Of a stretch of DNA of 64,000 nt, positions 12,071 through 25,300 are shown one piece after another. The notes beneath the pieces were generated by a model that had not been told where the DNA came from, ran no database searches, and was given only the letters and a program-made list of their open reading frames with translations. The stretch comes from Podarcis erhardii. Lineage: Eukaryota. A program made the position numbers and the translations under genes. The stretch lies in assembly GCA_964252035.1 (NCBI GenBank), contig OZ176200.1; one strand, given 5' to 3'. Each line of letters starts with the position of its first letter. The stretch's first letter is position 1.

Positions 12071-14143
12071 CTGTGAAGGAGGAGGAAAAAGAAAGGACAG
12101 ACCATTATAACCACAAGAAAAAACTTCCATTCGTCCTATTTTCCCAGCTCCTTTCACTGTTACTGCCACAAGTGGCCATATTCAAAGTGTGCAAGTTGCA
12201 AATTCTTAATCTGAGCCCAAACCCAGAAAAAGGTGACCTGAGGAAAGGAGGAATTCCTGACAGGCAAAGAGAAGAGACATTTCTACTGACTGGACTGCGG
12301 GGATGTGAATGCCTTGCATTCAAGGTTGCTGACAAAATGCACTTTCATGACAGAACACCAGTCTTCCCATTCAGAATAGCCACATAATTCAGCTTCTGAA
12401 GGGACTGTGCCACTTCAAAATTCAAGTGTTGGTTGCAAGATCAATTGTTCAACCATATTAAAAAACAAACCTGCTTGTGAAGGGCGGCCCTACTGTTAGG
12501 AAGGATGAGGCAGCTGCCTCAAGGAGCAAATGCTGGGGGACAGCAATGCCATTCCCGACTGTTCCTCCTGTATCCTATCCCCCTGCTCCTCCTGAGGCAT
12601 GGCTGGTCCTGCTCCACCTCCACAAACAAACAAAAACATTCTAGCTCATGGCTTGGATGCATGGTAGGAGGGAAAGCTTCTACTGAACATGCAGATTGGG
12701 TCAGAGGTTGCTGCACCCCCCTCAATACACTGATTTTTCACCCTTGCCAAACTCAAGTCAATGAGCATTGGAGCTTGTTGAGAGCTCAAGCCATTCTCCA
12801 TAAGAAGGCAACAGAAGTCTGTGAAGTCCAAGCTCATAATAAGGAAAGGAGTGGTGCAAAGATGATGTTTTGGTACAACACAATATATCTGTGTCCATCA
12901 GGACAGATACTGCAAGTGCTTCTGTTAACAGGTGTGTGTACAAAATCTGGCATTACATAATTTATTGCACAACTCACTGGGGAAACCAGCTCTTGCTTAA
13001 TAAGCGTGAAACAGGATAAATTCCCCGAGTGACCTCAGGGGCTCTGGGAGCTTTAACAGTTGTACAAAAGAAGGGAATTCAGCAGGTGGAAGTTTGCAGG
13101 TCAAACTCCACCTGCAGACATTATTTCTTCTACAGAACTCTTGCAAAGCTGCAAGAAACCTGCCCTCCATTTTCACCTTGCTACCCTAAACCAAAGATGG
13201 GCACAGAGTGAGATCTGGATCTGGTGGTAGATGCCCGAGTGATTTTCCGTTTTGTTTTGTTTTTAACAAAAGCAATAAAATGGCCCAGGGCCAGCCCAAT
13301 ATATTTTGCAGTCTCAGACAAGAACAAGCTACCCCCATTCTAGAAGCCAAGTGGACTGGCAGGTGAAAGTTACTCCAACACCAACAAGTGGATAGTGTCC
13401 TCCGTATCACCTGAGGGAAGCAGACCAATTAGGGAGGAGCAGGACAAGCTCCGCCCTCCAATAGAGGGCGAACAGTGCACTCACTAGCTCCCTCACTCAG
13501 CCTGATGATATGATTTCTTTATAATACATATTGCCTGCCCTTCAATCAGAAGGTTGCAGGGTGAGTCACAGCATGTAACAACAGAAAACACGCACAATAC
13601 AATCAAAACAGCAACAAACATAACATAAGCAACCACCCATAACAATAATTCAAGCACAGGGTTGAATTCCCTCATCCAGAAGTCATCAGCCAAGGGGACC
13701 AACGCAGTTTCGGTACCATGTCCAGCACACTTGCCCCTTCAGGTGAAACAGGAAGTACTGCCCTGCCGCCTTTACTGTTGGCACAGATTTCGGGTGAGAT
13801 TCTGGCAATTTCTAGAGAAATCTCGCCGAAATTGCACAAGAGCTCATGTGCTCTGCAAGATCTTACATGATTTTGGTGAGATCTTGCCAGAAATTGGTGC
13901 AATCTTACCCAAAATCGTTGCCGGTGCTGCTTCTCTGCTGGCAGCTTCACCTCACCTAACGGCTGTGCCGGCCCTGATGTCCAGGCCTGAAGCCAAACTG
14001 AAATGGCAGCAGGTCTGAGGCTGGGTCACTATCACCCTGTTGAGTTTTGTGTCTGGATGATAGGTGGTTAGCGCTTTGCTCAAGCAATAGTCATTCAGCA
14101 TAGCCTTTGAAGGAGAAACAGTAGATCAGGGGCATGATGATAA

Positions 14144-14191
<48 letters not shown>

Positions 14192-14732
14192 AATTTATTA
14201 TTTATACCCCGCCCATCTGGCTGGGCCTTCCCAGCCACTCTGGGCGGCTTCCATAGAAACCAAAAATACACTAAAATATCACACGTTTAAAACTTCCCTG
14301 AATGAGAGCAAAGGAGCCTCTACATTTCTAATAGCTGTGTGGAAGAAGGAACTTTTGGGCAGGAGCTTTCATGACAGGTTGCACCTGCCAGAAATTCCAC
14401 ACTGCTGTGAAAGATACAGGATCCCTTGTCCTCCCTGGCATTTCATCACGCTAAGATAGAGAAGGAATGGAAGTACAGACAGAGCAAATTTCACAGCAGC
14501 AGCAACAGCAGCCCCTGATGTGTCAACAGGAGTTTTCAAGTCTTACACACACACCCCTTAACACACACACATTATAGACTTCTGATATCAGTGGGATGTG
14601 GATGAAATCTCTCTCCAGCACAATGGCAAATGAAATCTACACATGGCAGTACATTGCTCATAGGTGGCAGTTCAGGAAAGCAAGAGCTTTTCCTCTGCAA
14701 AGGAGGTGGCCACAGTCAATTTTCCTGCTTAC

Positions 14733-14933
14733 CTGCATGTCCAGCTTGGTGATAAAGCCCTTCTCCTCCTTGTCACAGAGCCTGAAGAGTTCCCTGGCCT
14801 TCTCCAGCATCTCCACCTGCATGTTTCCCACATCATTCAAGCAGAGAGTAGAAGAGATGCCTGAGGCTGCTCCATCCTCTTCCTTGTCCTCCGCATGGGA
14901 ACTTTCAGAGAGTTCTTCCCCAGGTCTTTCCAT
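14733..14933 (-). CDS. CRACR2B: CRACR2B coding exon 1 (ATG, EF-hand 1)
   Basis: MERPGEE...MLEKARELFRLCDKEEKGFITKLDMQ matches the EFCAB4A/CRACR2B EF-hand region. ATG in strong Kozak context (GCAATGG). Donor CAG|gtaagc, phase 0. Upstream acceptor ttatatttgcag| places the exon start at 14977. Confidence 0.9.
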
Positions 14934-16245
14934 TGCTTCAAATGACCATTTACTCGCAGGGACTGGAGTGCATCTAACTGCAAATATAAGGCGTTCTTCT
15001 TCAAAAAGCAATGTTGGATTGAATTGTTTAGACTCCTCAAAATACTGGCCTGATTCACAAGTACCATTAAGCCATAGTTTAAAATCAACTATGGCTTAAC
15101 ACAAATGAGGAGTGTGCTGGTAGGTGCAGCCAATGCAATGCTTCCTTCAACCCTCCACTGTTTCCGTGCCACCAAGAAATAAGCCAGAGTCCAGCTTGTG
15201 GTGATGTCTCCATAGAAGCAAAAATTTGTTCTTGACTTAACACTCACAGTTTATGTCAAGAGAAACAAGTGATGAGCCTGGGTTCAGAGGTCACAATAAG
15301 CTAGACTCTGGCATGTTCTGTCTGTAGCATGGCAGTAGCAGCAAGAGGAGCAGGGGAGGAATGAAATAAGCACTGTATTAGCTGCACCCACCAGCTCACC
15401 TTGCTCACTTGTGTTTATTAAGTGGTAACCAGCTGATTGAGTGAAAGGCCATCATCATGCTCCCAAGTAATATGCCTTGTTGAATATGAAACAAAGGACT
15501 GGGATTACCCCATTGCTATTACTGAAAGACAATAAAGAGAAGGGAAATTGACGTCTAGTAACAATGGGATTAACATGCGATTTTCTCACAGAAACCTGCA
15601 TTTCAAAAGCAAAGGGCAGCTGACAGCTTTCTTGAAAGAACAGGACTGAGTGCCCCTGAGCATTATGGGTAGAGGCCTACCCAAACCCCCTATTTTTATA
15701 CTTGCTTTATATTTCTGTAAAATGAAAATTCTCCGTCAGCAGCTGTGGGCTGCCAAGAGAAGAAAAGCATTAAGCAAGATGAGATCACCACAGAATCTAA
15801 TTAGGAGAAGATAGGACAGGGAAGAGCCAAGACCCTCCCAATTGGCAATGGTGATACAAAGGAATATAAAGTAGGCAGCCATGTTGGGATGAGCACAAAG
15901 GTTGAATCCTCCCTGTCCAGCCCAGAACCCTGACAGGGATGCAGACTGGTCCCCTCCTGGGTCATCAGATTTGTCACTTGGTGAGAAAGGAGGGGTTGAT
16001 TGGCTCCCGCTGCATGTGCTCAATAATGTGCTGGTGGCTGCACCCGTTGCTTTCATGCAGCTCCCAGGCCAAAAATGATTAGTCGCCCCCTGAAATAAGC
16101 ACACATTTTTGGACTTTTAGATTAGCCAGTCTTTTGTTTAGGGAAGTTGTTAATGTTTGATGTTTTATAATGTTTTTAAGATTCTGTAGGGAGCCGCCCA
16201 GAGTGGCTGGGGAGGCCCGGCCAGATGGGCTGGGTATAAGCAATA

Positions 16246-16293
<48 letters not shown>

Positions 16294-16925
16294 TAGTGTT
16301 CAAGGCACCACTGGTTCAGTTTCAGAGAAACACAAGTGAAATTCCTGAAGTTGCTACCAAGGGTTGCATTCAATTACGGTAACTTCTACTGAGAGCAGAG
16401 CCATTGAAATGAATGACAAAGACTAATTTTGGTACATGAATTTCAATGGTTCTACTCTAAGTAAAACTTAGCGGAATGCAACCCTTGGGGTCCTGATATG
16501 GCCAGTTGAAAGCCGCTTATTATTTATTTCCATGAAGCACTTAGGCCGCAAGAGTTTCACGTCCTAACAATGCCACATCCTTAAAACAATTTTAACAACT
16601 GTTTCCTTTCCTTAGGTAATTGTAATCCTACAAGGGTAGTTTAGCATGTTCAAAAAAATTCTCAGCACCCTCACCAAACCAAAATCCATATAACTGTTTG
16701 AAAGGAAATGAAGACAACTTAAGCGGCACTTTTGTATGCATGCATAGGTATGCTCTTTGGACCATTTCTTAGGATGCCCCAACATAGCAACACACTCTAA
16801 GGCTGCAATCCTACACATATTTAGCTGGAATGTACTTCTGAGCAGACATGCAAAGGATTGCACTGTGTGCAAGTCAATTAGGGGAGGGATGCAAATAAAT
16901 TATTTCCCAGTTATCCCTTATACAT

Positions 16926-17063
16926 AAAGGTAAAGATAAAGGACCCCTAGACAGTAAGTCTAGTCAAAGGTGACTTATGGGGTGCGGTGCTCATCTCACT
17001 TCAGGCTGAGGGAGCTGGCGTTTGTCCACAGACAGCTTTTCAGGTCATGTGGCCGGCATGTAC
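16926..17063 (-). mobile_element. 5'-truncated Sauria SINE
   Basis: Begins aaaggtaaagataaaggacccc (reverse of the tail). Homologous to the 3' part of the 40774 copy. Confidence 0.7.
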
Positions 17064-17193
17064 TCATACTAGAATAGTTATCCCATTGTTTATTGACTAT
17101 AGATAATGCCACCTCCACAGGATATTTTGTATGCTTATCCCAAACTGTAGGAATGCACTGCTTTCTGATCACTCTAGGGAATGAGCTACTTAC

Positions 17194-17266
17194 ACACACA
17201 TTCTGTGGCACATCTGTTTTGCAGGCTCCTCTGCCTAAATGTAGATGAACACCATGTCCACAAATC
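17194..17266 (-). other. CRACR2B: Candidate 73-nt non-coding 5' UTR exon of CRACR2B
   Basis: Branch point CTTAAC, tract cccttttttgtcttcgtgcag| and donor TGT|gtaagt. Lies between the CpG island and the ATG exon. Confidence 0.6.
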
Positions 17267-19303
17267 CTGCACGAAGACAAAAAAGGGTAAGGTGTTAAGC
17301 ATTGCTGCCAACAGTTCTAACTTTTATTTATACAACCGCTTAACCTAAAAAGAAACTAAATCTCCAAACAGTTAACAAGAAAGAATATAATTGTCAGATC
17401 ACCAATAAAATCTAGGTGATATATACGAAATCATAATGCTAAGCAGTGCAACCAGGGGAAACAAATACATTTTTAAAAGCATCTGAAAATGCCATTGTTG
17501 ATGCCTCCCAAATGATACAAGGGAAGGCCACAGCATAGTCAGCAACGCCTCCTACAATGATTCTCAGGGTCCACTGAGTCTGAACTGAGGAAAGTGATCT
17601 GCTAGTGGTCCCAAGTTGTTTAAGGTTTTAAATGGCAATATTAAAAACCTTGAACACAGCTTGGTTGCCAATGAACAGCCACTACAATTTTTAAAATGGA
17701 GGAGTAATGTGTGTACAGCCAGGGACTCTGCTCAGCACCCTACCTGCTGCATTCTGCATGAGCTGCAACTTCCAAACGAAGCCCAGAGGCAGCCCCGGTT
17801 TATTGGTTACCCAAATAATTGTGCAGTCTGGAAACTTTCCTGATCCATATAGCCAAAAGTAATTCCTATTAGAACAGGAATGTCAATTACATTGGGAAGA
17901 CTGGGAGCAATTAAGTAATCTTCTAGGAAAGCAGCTTTTTCTTGATTAGGATTCCATGGGCACAAAGACACACAGGGTTGGGGTTTCCATCTTGCGTAGA
18001 AATAAAATGCATCATTCATTCATTCAGTCATTCATTACCTGCCTTTTTTCTTAGATGGGACTCAAGGTGGCTTACAGATAAAAACAAGAACTGCTAAAAA
18101 CATAGAAAAATCCATCATTAAAATACAATTAAATATTGAATGAATTAAAACTATATGCATATTTTTTAAAAAAACTGTTTAAAACACTGCAATAATCGCA
18201 ATAAAAACAGCATGGCAGCAGCCTTTTCATTAAAATCAGTCAATTCCCAAAAGCCTGTTGGAACAAGAAAGTCTTTACCTGCTGGTAGAAAGACAGCAAG
18301 AAGGGAGCCAGTCTGACTTCTCTAGCGAGGGAGTTCCAAAGTCTGGGAGCCAGTGTGCATGAAGTGTGTGTGAAGACAACCCTCAAAAATATCAAAGCCT
18401 CCCTCTGTGTATTTTTTTATCTCCATGTGGCTTAGAATATCAGATCATAAATCATATGCAGTCAAAGTTCAAGGATGCCAGCTAGAAGGAAGTTTTTGCC
18501 AAGACTTTATATAGAACTGCCACCAGTATTTTTATTAAGATGTTTTTATTTTAAAAAAGGGTGGGGGGGATAGGAAAGTCGAATGCTATACAAAATTGCC
18601 CAGAGGTGCTACAGGCAGGTGTAATACTCAAGCCTGTTGTTTCTGCTTCTAGCCCATTAAATTTATTTTTAACATCCCTTTTAAAGAAAACAGGAAAGAT
18701 CTGTGAGAAGTTTTAGTGGTGTATGCTCAGCAGAAGAGGATTAGTACAGAAGGTAACAGACTGTGCTCATAATACCCACAACAATGTTTACTGGTGATCA
18801 GTCAGTGGAACAAACCAGAAATATAACCTGCCATGTCCAGACAGAATTAAAATAGTCCTTATTTATCAATGTGACCAAAATAATAATAATCACCCCACTG
18901 CTTTTGGAGCTCTTGGCTCCCCCCTTTTGTTTTTAATAACCTAAATCATTTGGTACAATCATCAGCAAACCTGGTGAACTTTTTAAGGGCCTTTGAAGTA
19001 GCGGGGAAAGAGCAAGGGAAGAGAAGTTTTACTTCATACAGTAGTTGTTCCAGGGAGAAGTTTGAGGAATAAGGGAAAGCAAGAAAGAATGCCAGATTTA
19101 TCGACATACTTCTGGACCAAATTCATGCAGTGGTGTTCTGTCAGAATTTTAAAGAAAGTAACACTTTTCTTTTGGCAGTAGCAACCAGAATTCTGGAGCT
19201 CGCAGGAAAAACAAGACTCCCCCCAGGTTATGACAACAAAGCTTGAGATGCTCTGATTCTGAACAAATGGATATAATTAAAGCTGGTGGCCAGTTCACAC
19301 AGA

Positions 19304-19342
19304 CACCTGCACCTGCACCTGCACCTGCACCTGCACCTGCAC
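19304..19342. repeat. (CACCTG)6.5 hexamer microsatellite
   Basis: Read directly from the sequence. Confidence 0.95.
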
Positions 19343-22300
19343 AGGACTTAACCCAGAGGACCTTTGGATGTTGCTGAACTACAACTCCCATCAGGCCAAG
19401 CAAGCATGGACAATGGGCAGGGATTATGGGAGTTGCAGTTCAGCAAAACCTCTGGAAGGCCAAACTATCTGACCTAACCCAAAGGCAGGAAAGTCAGCAT
19501 ATACTTGGGGAGTTTTTAATAGATATCAAGGAGATTGTTTGCTCAGTTTATTGTGCAACAGTTGGAATAATATCTTATCGAGAGGAGTGACTGTAGAGAT
19601 CATTATTATCTGAGAAAGATAGAGCCACTTCATTCCTATTACTTGGCAGCTTGAACAGACACAGACATTGTAGAAACAAATGTAGAAGCATACCAGGGTG
19701 AGCCAAAATAATACCAGTGCGTGGAAGGTCTCATGTCAAAGAACTGACACAACCTGCTCCCTCACCAGAAAACTGCAGTTTTAAATAACTTTTAAAAGAG
19801 TGGGAAAAATCAGGGCTCAAGATGATCTGGTTACAGCATTCTCTGATCTAATCCCTAGTGTGCAGAGACTTTGTAGTTCCTCAGTAGTGAGTGAAAAGAA
19901 ACTGTGCTTTCTTACCTTCATCTATGTTTACTTGGTATGTCTCAAGGTTGAGCCCTGGCACACATTAAAGTACCAAGCATAAGCACATTTGCTGAAGTCC
20001 AGCAGAACGTTCATGCAATGCCCCTTGAAAGCCAGGCCAATATTCTTGGCTTCATGTAACAGAGATAAGGACTGACGCTGGAGGAATAGTGACTTGCGCA
20101 AGGCCATCCAGTGAGTTCATGTGGTGAGGTTTGAACTGAGGTTCAAACATCCAAGCTCACAGCTCATTCTTTTAATGAGTACAAGCCGTTCCCTTCCCTT
20201 CCCTTGTGGTTGCTTCATGACGATGAATCTGCTCAGCACCTTTAATCAACAGCTGAGGTCCTCTTTTAGGACCCCTCTGCCATCTAAAATAAAGTAGATG
20301 TGAACCTGAGAGGAGGCCTTTTCAGTTCTAGCACCCAGTGTTTAGAACAGCCTCTTGAAGAGATGCTAAATCAACATACCTATATGTTGATAAGCCACCT
20401 TGTGTACTGCAGCCTAACAAAACGGTGGGGTAAACATTTTTTAACATTTCTAGATCTATTTCTAAGGATAATCATAGGCAAGTGATCTAAACTGAGAGTT
20501 TAGTAGCTACAGAATTAAGAAACATCCAAGGATTGGTGCCCAGTAACAAAGAATTGCAACATGCATGGTGTGTTTGCTGCCTCTACAGAGACTCCTAATC
20601 CGACACTGGAAAAAGGGGGAGATGTTCTGTACTAGGCACTCTATATGCTTATCAGCACCATAATTAATCACATCTGCTTTGCAGAGAGTTTCCCTGTCAA
20701 AAGACCCCATGAAAAATCCACAACATCCACCATGAGTCACATGAGGCTGGAGGAGCTGTGAGGGAAGATTAAAACTAGGCCCATGGAGGCGGATGTTCCC
20801 TGATCACGTCAAATTTGTATTTCAAAGCCATTTTCGGAATGGACAGTTTTCTGGCCTTTGTTTCTGTGTGTAGGTGAAAAGGAGTAAAGGGGGGGGGGAG
20901 CGGACCATTGCTTAGGGAACCTTTTGTTTGCTATTCATAACCTCCTGTTAAGATGGATTTCAAAAGGTCATGAATAGTTTGTGGAAATTAAAAGCAGGAG
21001 GGGGGGTTTCCAAACAACACACCCTCTCTCTCAAGCTGTGCTTATTGCTGTATTAGCCTCACCCTTTCAAGGGATTATAAGGCTTCTGAAAAGATTAACC
21101 TTTTAACATAATTCAATAACAAAACACAAGCAGGGGTGCCCAGGTGAGGCCTGCTTTTCCAATGCCCCTTCCCCACCTCAGAGGATTAACGTTTTAACAT
21201 TAGAAAGTAGAGCACTCTGTTTCTGGAAGGAGTCTATCCTTCTTGAGAGCTGTTTTCTTCGTTCTCAAGCACATATGTTATAGATTACCACTGACCTCAC
21301 TCCCAATTCTGCACGCTTTGCACATCATAACCCAATGTACTTGCTTTCCCACTGGTGGGAAGAGGGAAGTGAGACTGTGGCCCAGTGCCCTCCGTGTGCT
21401 GTTGGAATCTCCCTCAGGATCTCTGGAATATCTTCATACTTTCCTGGCTCTCCGCCTCATTAAAACAAATGCAGAGCCTGTAAGCATTTCTGCCTGACAC
21501 TTTTTAACACGTCATGCAGACAAAACAGCTTGGAATATATACATATGCCAAGTATAGCATGTGGTCTAAGGCGACATGTATTCAGATTGGGCAAGAGCAG
21601 CCCGTATCTGCTAGTCAATCATCTCCACACACCATTCCTCACTGCTTCTTAAAAATATGGACAGATATGGGAATCCCAAAATCCCTGCAGCACTATGGGC
21701 TCATCCAGACTTCCTTTCATGCTATGCTTTCAAGGTACAGGTCCTGTGCTTTAAAGCTCCATGTCTGAAGAAGGGTGGTTGGTTTTTTTGTCCCAGAGCT
21801 TTCTCTGGGAAACCCATCCTTTACCACTGAATCAGAGCAAACAGCAGTCTGCGGGAAACTGCAGTGCAACTGGCAGTGAGAACAAGCTCAAGGGTTTTTG
21901 AACCTGTGGCATGCCTATTGCTGAGGGCAACGTGGAGCCACCAACCTATCATAACATGACTAGAAGACCTGCATACCAACCCGCGTAACACATTGGTGAC
22001 AGCTATACTAATAGCAACAGCAGGTACAAGGATTCAAGCAAGAATAATCTCAGGGATAAAAGGAAAGGAGTGAATTGTTTCACGTAGGCAGCTGTTCTTT
22101 GTAGATAAATGACAGCATCCTGGAGAACTATTACTTGTTGTTCCTTGTTGCTTTATTCTAGTCAGGTCAGATAGCATAGGAATGGAGGGATTAGAACAAT
22201 AGTTAAATCTCAACTTTCACTTGGGCTGAACAAATTGCTGCAGCCCTCAGACTGGCATTGGTGATGGCCATTTATTATGTGATAAGTAGGCAAGACCAGA

Positions 22301-25300
22301 GGGACAAGGAAGCAGGGGGAGGGAAGGAGTACCAATTATGCTTGCTTTAGGAACTTATTCATTTTGCATTTGATAATGATAAAGTTGCACATATTCTTGC
22401 AGCAGTGTGGATCAACGATTACAAGCACCCCTCCCCTTTTCAGTGTCCTGTAATTGCCTGTTGCCATATGCTTGTTTTCAACTGCACAGAAACAGAGGAA
22501 ACAAAAAGCCACCCCAGCCTGTTGGAAATGTCACGGTAGGATGCTGTTTGTTTTGAAAAGCAGCCGTTTAGGGCTGCAAGCCAAGGCAAAGCTGGCCTTG
22601 GCCACAGCAGCAACTATCAAGGAGCACAAGGCTTTATCACAGGGCCATGAGAAAGGACACAGCACCGGAGCCACTTGACAGGATCACTGAGAGTTCTAAG
22701 CAGCATTGTTTAATGCCCTTTACCTCCTCCCCAACTGGTCACCCGATGGGCCTGCAAAGCAGCCCTCAAAGATAATATTTACCCAGCAAAAACAAACTTT
22801 GACATACCAATACCAGGAGAAATATATGAGTTCAGGTAGGAGTGCCTTGGCTGCCTGTGGATTTTATTTCCTCTTTCCTTATTAGCTGCTTCAAGATTTT
22901 AACTGGAGCCTGAATGGATTTTTAAAAACACTTTTAGGGTCATGGAGGTGACTGAAACAAGGCCATTTACGGAACACAAATCATTGCAGAAATCCCTTCT
23001 AAGAATCAAAGATCACACAGGAAGAGCAAAGGTACATTGCTAAGTCAAATGGGAGCTGGTGATCTTGAAAAAGCTAATAAGAACAAGCTTTTCTCAACCC
23101 TCTTTGGATTGCATGCAGATATATAGGACTATAAAATGCATCCACATCTCTCTCTCTTTCTGTGTGTCCAGTGCTTTTTTTCTTAAAAAAAAGTTTAGGG
23201 GGACTCTCATTTTCCTGCTCATATTGAAATACTGCCCCTCAATGAGGCCAAACTTAGATTCACAAAATGTTTAGGGGTATGCTGTGTCCCCCCAGAAAAA
23301 AGCACTGTATGTATTTACATACATACACACATAAACAAACAAACACTTGTTTCCAAGGCTCACAGAATTAATGCTTTATCTTGGTTTTGCATGAATCCAA
23401 ACTTTCCATTGGGAGGTATACAATATGCAAAACACACCACTTGACATCATGTTCTGGCCAGATTTGCATCCTTCAGTAGCACCTGCTGTAAAGCTAGACT
23501 ATTAGCTGCTGCAAGAAGATTTCTCTTACAGTTAAGTGTCTGAGGAGGTGGACTAACGTGTAAATGCCAAGGATTGCATGAGAGCCCCAGGAGTCTAGGA
23601 TGCAGTCTAGGAATCATTTTACCACCACTGCTTGTGTGAGCTAGGCCTAGGTTTCAAACGTCACACATACCCTAGTTGTCTCCAAGAGCATGGAATTGGT
23701 AGTTTACCTATTGGTCCTTTAATTGAACTTCCTGCCCCAAGGCAGTCTTTTCTGAAACATCTCAAGTCCCTATAATTTCTGCCTCATATACTTTTGGACT
23801 TCTTGTGGCAGCCTGCTCAGAATGTTCCTCTGTAGGGAGAATCAAGTCCTGGTGGGCAACTGTGTTGTAAGCGTACTTGGGAATGGGACTTATACTCAAG
23901 ATTCTTAGATCACTACTCGAAGTTAATCCAGATTGCAATGTCATTACTCTCCCTCATGTACAGCTGAAAAGAAATGGTTTTGAGAGCACGGGGGTAGAAC
24001 AGAAAGCCAAGCAGGAAATATGAGTTCAATGAGATGCATGCAAATATATGAATCTCAGGAACTCAAAACAGGCCACACATGCAAATATAATCTCTTCGGC
24101 AAATGGATTTTGGTCGGTTTTCCTTGGAAAATAACAAGTGCTTGTTTCTCTCTTCTCTTCATCAAGGAGCTCATTTGCTTCCATTTAATGTTGAAAAGAA
24201 TATGCTCTCACCCTTTGTCCATTTTATTAATGTAACATGGGGGCAGAGAATCATCCAGTGACATGAAAAGGGTCTCTGGAAGGAAATTAAATTATCTGCA
24301 CTTTGATGCTCCCTTTCAACTTCAAATAACAGATATACAGGATTAATCCCTTCAATTTCCTGACTGGTCAGCTGATGGGTCTGCAAAACAGTCCTCAAAG
24401 ACAATATTTACCCCCTATATCCATGTTCCGTTTGGAAGCATATGAATGTAGGGCTCTGATCCCCAATCACATTCTCAGCACTCTCACAAATCTAAAAATT
24501 CTCAGTTTTCTGTAAGAAGAAGTCTTTAAAATGGTCATGGAGAAGTGGCTTTTATCCTTTAAAAAGGAACAAGCACTAACAAAAGCTGCAATATGGGGAC
24601 ACATATACAAAGCTGCATTATAGCAAGTTAAACCATGAATCTATCTAGCAGAGAACCAACAAAACCATTGCACTTCTTCTAGCTCAACATAGCCACACCC
24701 TTCCCCCAGAGCATCCATTAAAGTGTTCTGTTGCACAGTTCTCCACCGCCCATGAGTCATGTCAGGCACTTTGGAATGAACCGCTATAATAGGTTACGAA
24801 GGGAGAGCTGCTGTGAAACACTCCACACCTGGCTAGAGTGAAAACTCATCACGCTAGGCAGACTGGGCAGCAGGAGAACCCAGATCTAACAGTAAAAAAG
24901 TCAAGCTTTATTATACCAGTAACCCAAGAGAAAACTCATGACAACTGCTATCAAAATCACATGAGCACCAGTCCAGGAGCCATTTGGGCTCCAATGAACA
25001 CAACTCCCAGTGTCAACACATCTTCCCATTTACTTCACTAGAATGGGCAACGTCATGCAAGAGGGTAGAGAAGTGCCACATGCACAATGGAAGCAGGCGC
25101 ACCTGCAAAGAATTGATGCAACAGAGTGGCAGCCACTGAGAATTGTTATTACACAAGTTCAAGTGATGTCATTTGGGGGTTGTGTGACCTCAGTGATTGG
25201 CCGACTTTGTATTTGGTGCAGAGGATCAGGCAGTCAAAACGTGTAGCACACAGAATGAAAATGTCACCAAGAACTCACAGGACTGATGCCATGACAAGAT

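Noticed and set aside
11584-12110. Several ORFs spanning the N run
   Set aside because: Artefacts of the 200-N gap.
15067-15099. Perfect 13-bp inverted repeat ttaagccatagtt / aactatggcttaa near the CRACR2B acceptor
   Set aside because: Similar aaccatgg/aactatgg motifs recur at about 46690-47130 and 47640, which suggests a repeat remnant. There is no evidence of function.
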